From: Squalus acanthias
Taxonomy: Eukaryota
DNA length: 64,000 bases
Direction of reading: 5' to 3'
Assembly: GCA_030390025.1 (NCBI GenBank)
Contig: CM059432.1
Span: 96,846,001 to 96,910,000, forward strand
Below are positions 49,200 to 61,257 of this stretch, piece after piece. The notes beneath the pieces were generated by a model. It saw nothing but the letters and a program-made list of their open reading frames with translations. It ran no database searches and was not told the DNA's origin. The first letter of the stretch is position 1, and each line of letters begins with the position of its first letter. The position numbers were made by a program, and so were the translations under genes.

Positions 49200-51813
49200 G
49201 GAAAGCACGTTTCTAGATGTGGTCACCCTGCAGCCTCAGAATGTGCAGGCAGAGAGGAAATGGGTGACCACCAGACTGAGAAGGAGGATCAGGTAGGTAG
49301 GGCAGGACTCCCCAGAGTGCATCTTGCTCACTAACCGGTTCACAGTTCTAGAAACTGGTGGGGGTGATGGTTCCTCTGGGGAGAGTTGCCAGAGCCAAGG
49401 TCACGGCACCACGGGTGGCTCAGCTGCACAGGGGGGGAGGAAGAAGAGTGGAAGAGCAATAGTGATAGGGGATTCATTAGTTAGGGGAACAGATAGGCGT
49501 TTCTGTGGATGCAGGCGTGACTACAGGATGGTATGTTGCTTCCCTGGTGCCAGGGTCAAGGATGTCACTGAGCGGCTGCAGGACACTCTGAGGGGGGAGG
49601 GTGAACAGCCAGAGGTCGTTGTCCATATCGGTACCAATGACATAGGCAGAAAGAGGGATGAGGTTCTGCAGGCAGACTATAGGGAGTTAGGAAAGAGATT
49701 AAAAAGCAGGACCTCAAAGGTAGTAATCTCCGGATTACTCCCGGTGCCACATGCTAGTGAGTACAGGAATAGGAGGATAAAACAGATGAATGCGTGGCTG
49801 GAGAGATGGTGCAGGAGGGAGGGCTTTAGATTCCTGAGGCATTGGACCAATTCTGGGGAAGATGGGACCTGTACAAGCCAGACGGGTTACACCTCAACAG
49901 AGCTGGGACCAATATTCTCGGGGGGAGGTTTGCTAATGCTGTTGGGGAGGGTGTAAACTAGCTTGGCAGGGAGATAGTACTAGAGAAGAAAGTAATACTA
50001 GAGGCAGAAGTAGTACCATAGTAGATAGGAGCAGACTAAGAAAGACTGCGAAAAATTCAAAAATAGGTTTAGAATGTATGTACGTAAACGCACAAAGTGT
50101 GGTGAATAAGGTTGGTGAGCTACAAGCACAATTGGCCGTGTGGCAATATGATGTTGTGGTAATAACGGAAACGTGGCTTAAAAACGGTGAGGACTAGGCA
50201 CTTAATATTCAAGGGTACAAGGTGTTCAGAAAAGATAGGGAAGGAAAAAAGGGATGTAGGGTGGCAGTACTGATTAAGGAAGACATTGTAGTGTTGGAAA
50301 GGGAGGATGTTCTTGAGGGGACAAGAACAGAATCCATTTGGTTAGAGTTGAGGAGCAAAAAGGGTATGATCACGCTATGGGGGTATTCTATAGCCTTCAG
50401 ATAATGAGAGGGAAGTAGAGGAGCAAATCTGCAGGGAAATTACAGAGATATGCAAGAGCTATAGAGTGGTGATATTGGGGGACTTTAATTACCCAAATAT
50501 CGATTGGGATAATGTTAGGGTACAGAGAAAGGAAGGGGAGGAATTTCTGAAATGTGTTCAGGAGAATTTCCTTGCCCAGTAATTTCTTGTCCCAACTAGG
50601 AAGGAGGCATTGCTGAATCTGGTGCTGGGGAATGAGGTGGGCCAGGTCGACCAAGTGTCTGTGGGAGAACACTTGGCTACGAGTGATCATCGTATCATAA
50701 GATTTAGATTAGCAATGGAGAGGAGCAAGGAACAATCTAGAGTGGAACTTCTAAACTGGAATAGGGCTAACTTCAATGGGATGCGAAAGGATCTAGCCAG
50801 GGTAAAATGGAACAAAGACTGACAGGAAAAACTGTAATGGAACAATGGGTGATCTTTAAGGAGGAGATGTTCCAAGTACAGGCTAGGTACATTCCAGCAA
50901 GAGGGAAGGGTAAGGGAACCAAAGCAAGTGCTCCTTGGATGACGAGGGAGATAGAGCAGATGATGAAACAAAAAAAGAGGGTGTATGATGCATATCAGAT
51001 GAATTCTTCAAGGGAGAACCAGATCAAATACAATAAGTTGAGAGGGGAAGTGAAGATGAAAATGAGATTGGCAAAGAGAGAATATGAGAGTAGAATGGCG
51101 GTTAACATAAAAGGGAACCCAAAAATCAGTAAGTGGGTAGTAAGAGGCGGGATGTGGCCTATTAGGGACTAAGAAGGTGATATATGCTTAGAGGTGCAGG
51201 GCAAGGCTAGAATACTCAATGAGTACTTTGTATTGGTGTTTACTAAGGAGGTGGATGCTGACAAAATATCGGTAGAAGTGGAAAAGGTAGAAGCAATGGA
51301 AGGTGTGAGAATTTATAACCAGGATGTACTAGAAAGGCTGGGTATGCTTAGAGTGGATAAGTCACCTGGTCCAGATGGCTTGCATCCCAGGTTGCTAAGG
51401 GAATTGGGGGAGGAGATAACGGAAGGGTTTGCCATATTTTTCCAATCTTCCCTAGATGTGGGGTGTCTGAGGATTAGAAAGTGGCAAATCTGACACCATT
51501 GTTCAAAAAAGTGTGTAAGGACAATCCTAGTAATTACAGGCAGGTCAGTTTAACATCAGTGGTGGGTAAAGTTTCAGAAACAATAATCAAGGAAAAAATT
51601 AACGGGCACTTGGAGAGGTTTAAGCTAATTGAGGAGAGCCAACTCGGATTTGTAAAAGGCAGATTGTGTTTGACTAATCTAATTGCATTTTTTGATGAAG
51701 TAACAGGGAGGATTGATGAAGGGAATGCAATAGATGTTGTTTACATGGATTATTGGAAGGCGTTTGACAAAGTACCACATAGAAGGCTGGTTAACAAAAT
51801 TGAGGCTCATGGA
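49200..51813 (+). mobile_element. CR1 LINE internal fragment (partial ORF1, APE, N-terminal RT), degraded
   Basis: GDSLVRG/IGTNDIG esterase; TSDHR, KSPGPD and KAFDKV motifs; no 3' tail. Confidence 0.9.
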
Positions 51814-52074
51814 TGCTGAACAGCTGTCCTTCCAAAGGACTCTATCACTGACAGGTATTGCCTTTGATCTTGGAGACCAGAATAGCGGATCTCCACAGAG
51901 GAAGAGAAAGTAACTCAATATTTTAAATATATCCTACAAAGTAAATGATTTCAAAACTTTTTTAAACTTACTAAGGTGGAAAGAACAATTTTTATTGAAA
52001 TGATTTTCAGCACAGTTTCCTTCTTTAATAAAATTATTCAGAACTGAGTGAAGTGGTGGGGAAAGGTGAAATGT

Positions 52075-52390
52075 CATTCTGCATTTACAAATCTCTCCGT
52101 GGCCTTGCCCTACCCTAAACTAGCCATTCCCTACATTCTAGTCCTTTAGTTCTCCGGCTCTGGTTTCCTGTTAAATCCCCCTCCCTCCCTCCATCATTGG
52201 TGGCAGAGCTCTCAGCCATTTTGACTCTACTCTGGGCGTCTCTCCCTAAATTCCTCTGCCTTGCTACTTCTCTCCCCACCAGTAAAAGCCTCCCAAAAAC
52301 ATACCTTTCAAACCATGCTTTAGTTTTCTCGCCTAACTCTCCTATTACTTTTCACCATCTATTTCTCCTCTGTGAAGCAGCTTGGGACAA
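52075..52390 (+). mobile_element. L2 3'-end fragment, old
   Basis: Similar to the reverse complement of 9790-10140 (AAATCTCTCC.TGGCCTTGCCC..TCTCCCTAAA..TGTGAAGC..CTTGGGAC). Confidence 0.7.
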
Positions 52391-52764
52391 ATCAGTACAA
52401 ATTGGGAGAGACTGAATCGATATCACTCATTTTACACTACCACCCAAAGACAAAATTATCCCGCAATGTTCAATCCACTATTTAAATGCAAATTGTTGTT
52501 GTCAGTGAAAACTGATGTATCCCTCCTGTACCCATTGGATTGACAGCGCATACAGTTGCTTAATTGGCAATTGAACTGATAATGAAGCGCGACAGCTAAA
52601 ATCGCTGTAGCCTCACTCTATCGCAGGCGGGCAGAAATGCAACTGAAACCAGTGGGAGCCTGCTGAAAACCCGCTGGCAGTTAAAATTATACATCCCCCC
52701 CCCCCCCCGCCAACACCCGGACTAAGAATGTTTGGACTTTCTCCGAACTCTCAATATTAAGTAT

Positions 52765-55013
52765 AAACAGAAAATGCTGGAAATACTCAGCAGGTCAGGC
52801 AGCATCTGTGGAGAGAGAGTTAATGGCCGCGATTTTGCCAGCGCTCAGAGGGCAGGCTTGGAGGCGGGTCAGAGGTTAAATTCATTTTGATTGACGGCAG
52901 GTTCGGAACCCGCCGTCAACCCGCCTCTACGCAACTTTGCCAAGTGCCGGGTCTAGGAGTCCCGCTCAAACCCGCCACCAAGCGGCGGGAGAGGCACTTA
53001 AGGCAGTTAACAGCTTGTTCCACACCGTTCGCAAAACACGCCAGCGGATTGTGCTGAGTTCAGGAACTAAGCGAATTCTTGACAGCTGCACCTACAGCAT
53101 AAAAGTGGACCTGTAAAAAGGCTGACTTTCAGATGGCAGAACTTTGATTTTTGAGGTGTTGGAACACTTTTTGCAGGTCTATTGAGCTTGTAAGTGGTTA
53201 AGCTGAGATCCATATGCACTGTGACCTCCTTGGAAAACCCTCTCCCCACATTGCCTGAGTGCTTATAACATCTATTCCTCAACTGACATATATACCAGCG
53301 GAATGGGAACCATTTATACCCTCTCATCCTGGTCCTCAGAATCTGAGGAAGAGCAGCCGTGGCAGCAGCAGAACCCGGCACAACAGCAGCAGCAACAACA
53401 GGAGCGCCAACCTTCTCCTCACCCACCTGATGCTGCACAGGGCAGAGGGCGTCAGCGCAGGGCTGCACCGCACCGCAGGAGATTCCCCCAACACAGGGTT
53501 TATAGGCAGAGGATGAGCTTCCTCAACATGACTGAGCAGCAGTGCCAAAGGAGGCTGAGACTTTCGCAACAGGTAGTCGTTGACATCTGCGCAATGTTGC
53601 ACCAACACCTGGAGCCCAGAGGAGCGGGTGGACACTCCTTACCAGTGGCTGTCAAAGTCACCACCGCCCTCAATTTTTTGCATCAGGGTCCTTCCAGGGA
53701 TCATCAGCAGACATCAGCGGCATCTCCCAGTCAGCCGCACACACTTGCATGCACCGATACCCTCTTTGCAAAGGCGCACAATTACATCCACTTCTCCACA
53801 GATGAAGCAAGTGTAACCGTGCGTGCGGTTGGCTTTGCAAATATGGCAGGCTTGCCAAGGGTGCAGGGCATCGTAGACTGCACACATGTGGCCATTAGGG
53901 CACCCCATCACAACTAAGCTGTATTTGTGAACCGCAAGGGCTTCCACTCCCTTAACGTCCAGCTGGTATGTAACCACAGAAAGGACATTATGCATGTTTG
54001 CGCCAAGTTCCCTGGCCATTGCCATGACTCGTTCATCCTGCAGCAGTCTACTGTGCCTCAGCTCTTCAATCCGCCAACCCAACCTTCCAGATGGCTACTT
54101 GGAGACAAGATCTATCCCCTGAAGATGTGGCTAGTGACGCCGTTGAGGAGGCCATCAAACGAAGCTCAGGAGCGCTACAATGCGAGCCACATTTCCACCA
54201 GAGCCATCATCGAGCAAACCATTGGCTTGCTCAAAATGCGATTCAGATGCCTCGACAGATCAGGTGGAGCCCTACAGTACTCACCAGCCAGGGTCTCCAG
54301 AATCATCATGGTCTGCTGTGCACTGCACAACATCGCACAGCAGCGTGGCCTGAGGAGCAAGTGGCTCAGCGCACAGCCTCCTCCTCCTCACAGTGGGGAG
54401 GGGGGCTCTTGATGGTCCTGTGGGGGAGTAAAGGCATGAGTTAGAAATGTGATATTAATGTAGCAGGCACATTGAATTGTGCAGATGATCATAACTCAAT
54501 CTGTATGAACATCAGATGACATATCAGTCACTCATGCAATCTAACTGAGAGGGCTGCTCATCTCCTCAGCAATTTGCAGCCAGGCTGCTTTGGTTTGCTG
54601 AGGAGGCTTCCTCCATCCATTTGAGGGAACAGTACCTCTTGGCGCACTCTCACTCCCTCCACAAGAGCATGGAGGGAGTCATCATCAAATCTGGGAGATG
54701 CCTTGGGTCTTGCAGCAGTCATTTTCACAAGTGGTACACGGAGAAGCAGCAGAATAGGATTGATCAAAAACAAGGCTGCATGGGCCCCTTAAATGCAGCT
54801 GGCTGACAGGTCAGCAGAGGCGAGCAGCAGACCTGAACCCAATGATTGGGCTGGGTAGCGCGCATGATGGGCTTAATCAGCCCACTTAAGCAAAAATTGT
54901 AATTCCATTGCGGCTGAAACCGGCAGCGGGACCGGAACCCGCCGAACATCAAAGCCACCTCCAACCCACTTCCACTCGGAAAATCGTAGCCGGAACATTT
55001 CAGGTCAATGACC
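52765..55013 (-). mobile_element. Penelope pLTR fragment split by a Harbinger (52765-52824 + 54994-55013)
   Basis: AAACAGAAAATGCTGGAAATACTCAGCAGG...GAGTTAAT | AACATTTCAGGTCAATGACC rejoins to the pLTR sequence seen at 57660-57742. Confidence 0.8.
52825..54991. mobile_element. Harbinger with frameshifted transposase (+, 53303-54412) and Myb exon 1 remnant (-, ~54558-54720)
   Basis: Ends GGCCGCGATTTT / [44 protein letters not shown] and CCALHN motifs. Confidence 0.92.
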
Positions 55014-55434
55014 TGGAAAAAGTTAGAGATGTAACAGGTTTTAAGCAAGTACAGAGGCAGGGAAAGGGGAAATATTGAATATTCATTCAAACTATTTAAC
55101 TTTATCTTTGCTGTCAAGGGGTACAGATAGGGTTGCTGATATGTATATATAAATGGTACATTCCCTTCAACTGTACACGTATAATACCACATTTTAAATA
55201 CAGAAAAGTTACAAGCTACTATCCATCTTTTTTTTCCCATCATACCTTCATATTGCCCAGCAGTGTAAAGGTAAAACATTATCTGCACCATACGTGTGAT
55301 GATCCACTCAAAGCCTTGCTGATAATGGATTTGGGTTTCAGTATGTTGTGTTTCTCAGTACAATAGGAACTCATGGTGGGAATGAATTGCTATTGTTAAA
55401 GTAGTAGCACTGGTACAAAACACTGAAACACAAA

Positions 55435-56045
55435 TGGATGAATTTTAACTCCCAAGTGGGAAGCTGACGAGAGCTGCGTGGAGCTCTCACCCGGGAGTGT
55501 CCATGGGAGGCCCGACTGATATTAACTGCCAGGACTTATTTGCTGGTGAAGATCGAGCAGCCCGGAGGTCACCTCCTGGCACTCAGGTAAGTCATGGAGG
55601 AGGGTTTGGCAGGGTCTTGCAGGTTGGTGGGGTGGGGGGGTACCTGGAGCTGTAGAGGCCAAGACTTTCCCTATGGGAACCCGAGGAGCAATCCTACTCC
55701 TCCTGGCACCACAAAGCTACATTTAAAACTTACCTTTTATCCCTCCAATTCTTCCCCAACATGTTTTACAGAGTGCAGCCCCTCGCGGTGGGTGCCCTGC
55801 CACCGTACCCTGTTAAATGCTTTCGGGGTCCTATGTACGTCGAGGACCCCGATTAGCATATATTAATGGAAGTTCATTTATCAAACAGAGCACGACACCT
55901 GAGTCAGGCGGGCGCCTCAGCTGCCGGTAAAAACAGTGGCAATAAACTTGCTGCAGGACGCGAATGGAGGAGCAAATAGAGCCACTTCATTTTAACTCCT
56001 GGTCCACTGGGTTTCAAGTCAGCGGAGGAATTAAAATTTCCCCCT
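55435..56045. mobile_element. Harbinger-type MITE
   Basis: Ends TGGATGAATTTTAAC / TTAAAATTTCCCCC(T) with AAA on both flanks. Confidence 0.7.
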
Positions 56046-56595
56046 AAAGATTTTAATGACAACCTGTGTGTAAAGCTACACATTGTAGCTTTGGTTCACG
56101 TGGAAAAGAAGCAGTATCAGTGTAGGATTTACCAAAACAGTCCCATTGCCCTAAAGTAGAACTGTTAGAATCCACACAATCTAAGAAATGTAAGCATCAT
56201 ATTTCTAACTGTTACTTGTTGACATAAATTTGACACCTAATCTGGAATACATTATAGTAAATGTCTCTCAGTAAACTGACCCATTGTGAACCAGTCAAAC
56301 AGCTTAATGTACTCCACAAGTAGTGCTCTGTTTGATAAATGAACTTTCAGATCAAAACAAAATGTTTTGCCACGTGTTAAAAAAAATGCATTACCCTGCT
56401 TGTCAGTTCAAAAGGATATAAGTGATTTTCAGTTCAGGTACAGAATGCACAAAAACTTCTTGTTTTCCTTCTAAAATTAAATTGATAATAAAATTATTCA
56501 GATGATTAAAGACTGGCTATTAATTATACTTGAAAATATCCAATTCACCTCTCTTACGTTTCCTGGGGGTAGAATATGTTTTTTTCGGTTGAATT

Positions 56596-57584
56596 AGAAA
56601 CATAGAAGATAGGAGCAGGAGTAGGCCATTCGGCCCCTCGAGCCTGCTCCGCCATTTAATGAGATCATGGCTGATCATCCAAATTCAGTACCCTGTCCCT
56701 GCTTTCTCCCCATATCCCTTGATCCCTTTAGCCTTAAGAAATATATCTATCTCCTTCTTGATTATATTTAATGAATTGGCCTCAACTGTCTTCTGTGGTA
56801 GAGAATTCCACAGGTTCACCACTCTCTGGGTGAAGAAATTCCTCCTCATCTCAGTCCGAAATAGCTTACCCCTTATCCTTAGACTGTGACCCCTGGTTCT
56901 GGACTCTCCCGCCATCGGGAACATCCTTCCTGCATCTAGTCTGTCTAGTCTTGTTAGAATTTTATAAGTTTCAATGAGATCCCCTCTCATTCTTCTAAAC
57001 TCTAGCGAATATAAGCCTAATCGACCCAATCTCTCCTCATATGCCATTCCTGCCATCCCAGGTATCAGTCTGGTGAATCTTCGCTGCACTCCCTCCATGG
57101 CAAGAACATCCTTCCTCAGATAAGGCGACCAAAACTGCACACAATACTCAAGGTGTGGTCTCACCAAGGCCCTGTACAACTGCAGCAAGACATCCTAGCT
57201 CCTGTACTCGAATCCTCTCGCTATGAAGGCCAACAGACCATTTGCCTTCTTAACCGCCTGCTGCACCTGCATGCTTACCTTCAGCGACTGGTGCACAAGG
57301 ACACCCAGGTCTCATTGCACTTCCCCTTTTCCCAATCTATTGCCATTCAGATAATAATCTGTCTTCCTGTTTTTGCCTCCAAAGTGGATAACCTCGCATT
57401 TATCCACACTATACTGCTTCTGCCATGCATCTGCCCAATCACCTAACCTGTCCAAATCATACTGGAGTTTCTCTGCATCCTCCTCACAGCACACAGGCCC
57501 ACCCAGCTTTGAGTCGTCTGCAAACGTAGAGATATTACATCTAGTTCCCTCGTCTAGATCATTAATATATATTGTGAATAGCTG
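56596..57584 (-). mobile_element. 5'-truncated young CR1 LINE
   Basis: RT C-terminal ORFs and TTCTATG-type tail; GAATT at 56591-56595 and 57585-57589. Confidence 0.93.
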
Positions 57585-58080
57585 GAATTCACCCGAAATT
57601 GGCGTAACCGCTGCAAAAATCTCAGAACTTTAAGCGCAAATTACGTTTAGCGCAAATAACAACAGAAAACGCTGGAAAAACTCAGCAGGCCAGGCAGCAT
57701 CCGTGGAGAGAGAAAGAGAGTTAACGTTTCAGGTCGATGACCTTTCGTCAGAACTGTGAAGAGCCGGAAATCAAATAGATTTAAGGCCAGAGTAAAGCTG
57801 GGAAAAGGGGGAGGGGATAAAAGAACAAAGGGGGAGATGAAGAGACATTAAGAGACATTAAGAGATATGCAAGGCTAGAGGTGGTGTTAATGTGACAGAT
57901 TAAGGCTGAAAGAAGTGTGAAATCCACTGGCAGAATGAAGGACAGCTGCCAGCTTCTAGGAGGAAAAAAAAAAGGTGGGGGGGAGGCAAATAAAAGGGTG
58001 GAAAAAATAAAATATAAATGTGATTGGAGCTGAGGTTATGATCTAAAATTGTTGAATTCGATATTGAGTCCAGAGGGCTC

Positions 58081-59655
58081 TACCTCCTTCCCAAGACCCA
58101 CAAACAGGACTGCCCCGGTAGACCCATCGTTTCAGCCTGTTCTTGCCCCACGGAGCTTATCTCTTCCTATCTCGACTCTATTTTTTCTCCCCTTGTCCAG
58201 TCTCTTCCCACCTACATCCGCGACTCTTCCGATGCCCTCCGCCATTTTAACAGTTTCCAGTTTCCCGGCCCCAACCGTCTCTTCTTCACTATGGACGTAC
58301 AATCCCTCTACACCTCCATTCCCCACCAGGATGGCCTGAGGGCGCTCCGCTTCTTCCTTGAACAGAGGCCCAACCAGTCCCCATCCACCACCACCCTCCT
58401 CCGCCTGGCTGAACTTGTTCTCACATTGAACAACTTCTCCTTTGACTCTACCCATTTCCTCCAAATTAAAGGTGTTGCTATGGGTACCCGCATGGGTCCT
58501 AGCTATGCCTGCCTTTTCGTGGGATATGTGGAACACTCTTTGTTCCAGTTCTACTCGGGTCCCCTCCCTCACCTCTTTTTCCGGTACATTGATGACTGTA
58601 TCGGTACCGTCTCCTGCTCTCGCCCTGAACTAGAACATTTCATTCACTATGCTTCCAATTTCCACCCTTCCCTCACCTTCACATGGTCCATCTCCGACTC
58701 TTCCCTTCCCTTCCTCGACTTCTCCATCTCCATCTCTGGGGATAGGTTATTGACTAACATTCACTACAAGCCCACTGACTCCCACAGCTACCTGGACTAC
58801 ACTTCCTCCCACCCCGCCTCCTGTAAGGACTCTATTCCATTCTCCCAGTTTCTCCGTCTCCGCCGCATCTGCTCTGATGATGCCACCTTCCATACCAGTG
58901 CTTCCGACATGTCTTCCTTTTTCCTCAACCGAGGATTCCCCTCTACCGTGGTCGACACGGCCCTCGACCGTGTCCGTTCTATCTCCCGCACTTCTGCCCT
59001 CACCCCTGCCCCTCCCTCCCGGAACCACGATAGGGTTCCCCTTGTCCTCACCTTTCACCCCACCAGCCTCCACATTCAACGGATCATCCTCCGCCATTTC
59101 CGCCACCTCCAGCGTGATCCCACCACCAAACACATCTTCCCCTCACCTCCCCTTTCAGCATTCCGCAGGGACCGCTCCCTCCGCGACACCCTAGTCCACT
59201 CCTCTACCACCCCCAGCACCCCTTCCCCTTCGCCCGGCACCTTCCCGTGCACGCGCAGGAGATGCAACACATGCCCTTACACCTCCCCTCTTCCCACTGT
59301 CCAGGGCCCCAAACACCCCTTCCAGGTGAAACAGCGATTTACTTGTACTTCCTGCAATTTAGTATACTGTATTCGCTGCTCAAGATGTGGTCTCCTCTAC
59401 ATTGGGGAGACCAAGCGCAGATTGGGTGACCGCTTTGCGGAACACCTCCGTTCAGTCCGTAAGGGGGACCCCGAGCTCCCGGTGGCCTGTCACTTTAATT
59501 CACCGCTTCACTCCCACTCTGACCTCACCGTCCTCGGCCTATTACACTGTTCCACGGAAGCGCAGCGTAAGCTCGAGGAACAGCACCTCATCTTTCGTTT
59601 AGGCACGCTACAGCCCTCTGGACTCAATATCGAGTTCAACAATTTTAGATCATAA
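58081..59655 (+). CDS. Penelope RT + GIY-YIG endonuclease (5'-truncated, frame open throughout; first Met 58291)
   Basis: YLLPKTHK..PGRPIVS, DVQSLY, GVAMG and RYIDD RT motifs; C..RRC..C, VYCIRC..C..LYIGETKR and RFAEH endonuclease motifs. Confidence 0.95.
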   Translation, partial: YLLPKTHKQDCPGRPIVSACSCPTELISSYLDSIFSPLVQSLPTYIRDSSDALRHFNSFQFPGPNRLFFTMDVQSLYTSIPHQDGLRALRFFLEQRPNQSPSTTTLLRLAELVLTLNNFSFDSTHFLQIKGVAMGTRMGPSYACLFVGYVEHSLFQFYSGPLPHLFFRYIDDCIGTVSCSRPELEHFIHYASNFHPSLTFTWSISDSSLPFLDFSISISGDRLLTNIHYKPTDSHSYLDYTSSHPASCKDSIPFSQFLRLRRICSDDATFHTSASDMSSFFLNRGFPSTVVDTALDRVRSISRTSALTPAPPSRNHDRVPLVLTFHPTSLHIQRIILRHFRHLQRDPTTKHIFPSPPLSAFRRDRSLRDTLVHSSTTPSTPSPSPGTFPCTRRRCNTCPYTSPLPTVQGPKHPFQVKQRFTCTSCNLVYCIRCSRCGLLYIGETKRRLGDRFAEHLRSVRKGDPELPVACHFNSPLHSHSDLTVLGLLHCSTEAQRKLEEQHLIFRLGTLQPSGLNIEFNNFRS

Positions 59656-59934
59656 CCTCAGCTCCAATCACATTTATATTTTATTTTTTCCACCCTTTTA
59701 TTTGCCTCCCCCCCACCTTTTTTTTTCCTCCTAGAAGCTGGCAGCTGTCCTTCATTCTGCCAGTGGATTTCACACTTCTTTCAGCCTTAATCTGTCACAT
59801 TAACACCACCTCTAGCCTTGCATATCTCTTAATGTCTCTTAATGTCTCTTCATCTCCCCCTTTGTTCTTTTATCCCCTCCCCCTTTTCCCAGCTTTACTC
59901 TGGCCTTAAATCTATTTGATTTCCGGCTCTTCAC

Positions 59935-59971
59935 AGTTCTGACGAAAGGTCATCGACCTGAAACGTTAACT
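59935..59971 (+). ncRNA. Minimal type I hammerhead ribozyme motif (AACGUU variant); mirror copy at 57719-57755 (-)
   Basis: AGTT-CTGACGA-A-AGGTC-ATC-GACCT-GAAA-CGTT-AACT. Confidence 0.85.
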
Positions 59972-61257
59972 CTCTTTCTCTCTCCACGGATGCTGCCTGG
60001 CCTGCTGAGTTTTTCCAGCGTTTTCTGTTGTTATTTCAGATTTCCCGCATCCGCAGTATTTTGCTATCGTATTACGTTTAGCGCAACTTGAGTTTCCGTG
60101 ATCTTTTACGCTAGTTTAAAAGACGTCGTGCTAGAAGTCAGCCTGCCCACAAACTGGCCCCGCCCACAGGATGAATTAATCCCCATTGGTAGTTTCTGCT
60201 TAATTGCACTCGTTTGCAGGCTTTCGAGGAGGCTCTAAAAATAAAGCTGGATCTTTTGGGTGCAAGGACACTAATAGACACGTTTAAAAAACTGTTTAAT
60301 TTACTAAGAAACTGACTACTGTATCCCAATATAATTAGCAAATGGTTCTGTATATTTTTAAAAAGTAATTTTCAGTTATTTAAAATCAGGTTACTCTCAG
60401 GTGGTGGATTGACACTGTGATTAAAAAAAATTATTTTTTGTAATAAACCCATTTTTAGCTGTATTAGTCAAACTGTGCCAGTCACCACTCTTAAATATAT
60501 CGTGGAATATTTTAAAAGATTTTTTAAATTACGTTTTAAAATGCTGCCCGATTGCGCTGGTTCAAGGCAGATTTTATGTTCAGTGATATGCAAATGAGTT
60601 TGAGCGGAACCTCGAGAAAAAAAACCATTGCTCAAAACGGGCGCAATTTTGATCGCAGTTTGCACCCGGATTGTGCCCAAAGCAGAAATTCTTCGCCAGT
60701 TTTGTTCCTTACAATTCCACCATACAAATGGTGTTATATAATTATTGCAGGGAAACTGTGATTTTGTTTTGTGGCCTTGTTCTTGCCATTGTTTTTATGA
60801 ATTTTGACTAAGCTAATTTATATACACAGTTGAAAAAAATAAAACTGAGAAAGACAAAATAAAGTAGCAAGGTAGGAATTTGCAGACTGCACGAATTTTC
60901 CTTCTGCAGACTTCAATTTCGATCTTGAAAAATGAGAGGATTCAACAATCTGTGCCAAATTTATCCATTTGCACAAACAGGAATGGTTGACATGTTGAAA
61001 TGTTGACTTTGCATTAGCCATTGATTAATGTTATGAAACATTATTGATCTGCAGCTGACAAAAGTCAATAATACCATGAATTCATGTTGTCAGAAATAAC
61101 ATTTCTGCCATGGAAGGAGAACACCAGTGAACATGCCTTAACCCTAGGATCCAGGCTGCACCCTTATTTCACCAGTGTGCAATTTTTATTTTTGTACCAG
61201 TAATCCTTATTGATTCAGTGAGATTATGAATAAGCATCTGAATTTGGATCCCAGCAT

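Larger units (their letters stand above)
57656..60070 (+). mobile_element. Young 5'-truncated Penelope-like retroelement with an inverted upstream pLTR copy
   Basis: 57656-58079 is a near-exact reverse complement of ~59612-60034; 16-bp TSD ATTACGTTTAGCGCAA (57640-57655, 60071-60086). Confidence 0.96.
56565..60697. mobile_element. Harbinger-type MITE carrying a CR1 and a Penelope insertion
   Basis: Ends GGGGGTAGAAT / AATTCTTCGCC; removing the CR1 restores the subterminal palindrome TTTCGGTTGAATTCACCCGAAA. TSD unclear. Confidence 0.7.
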
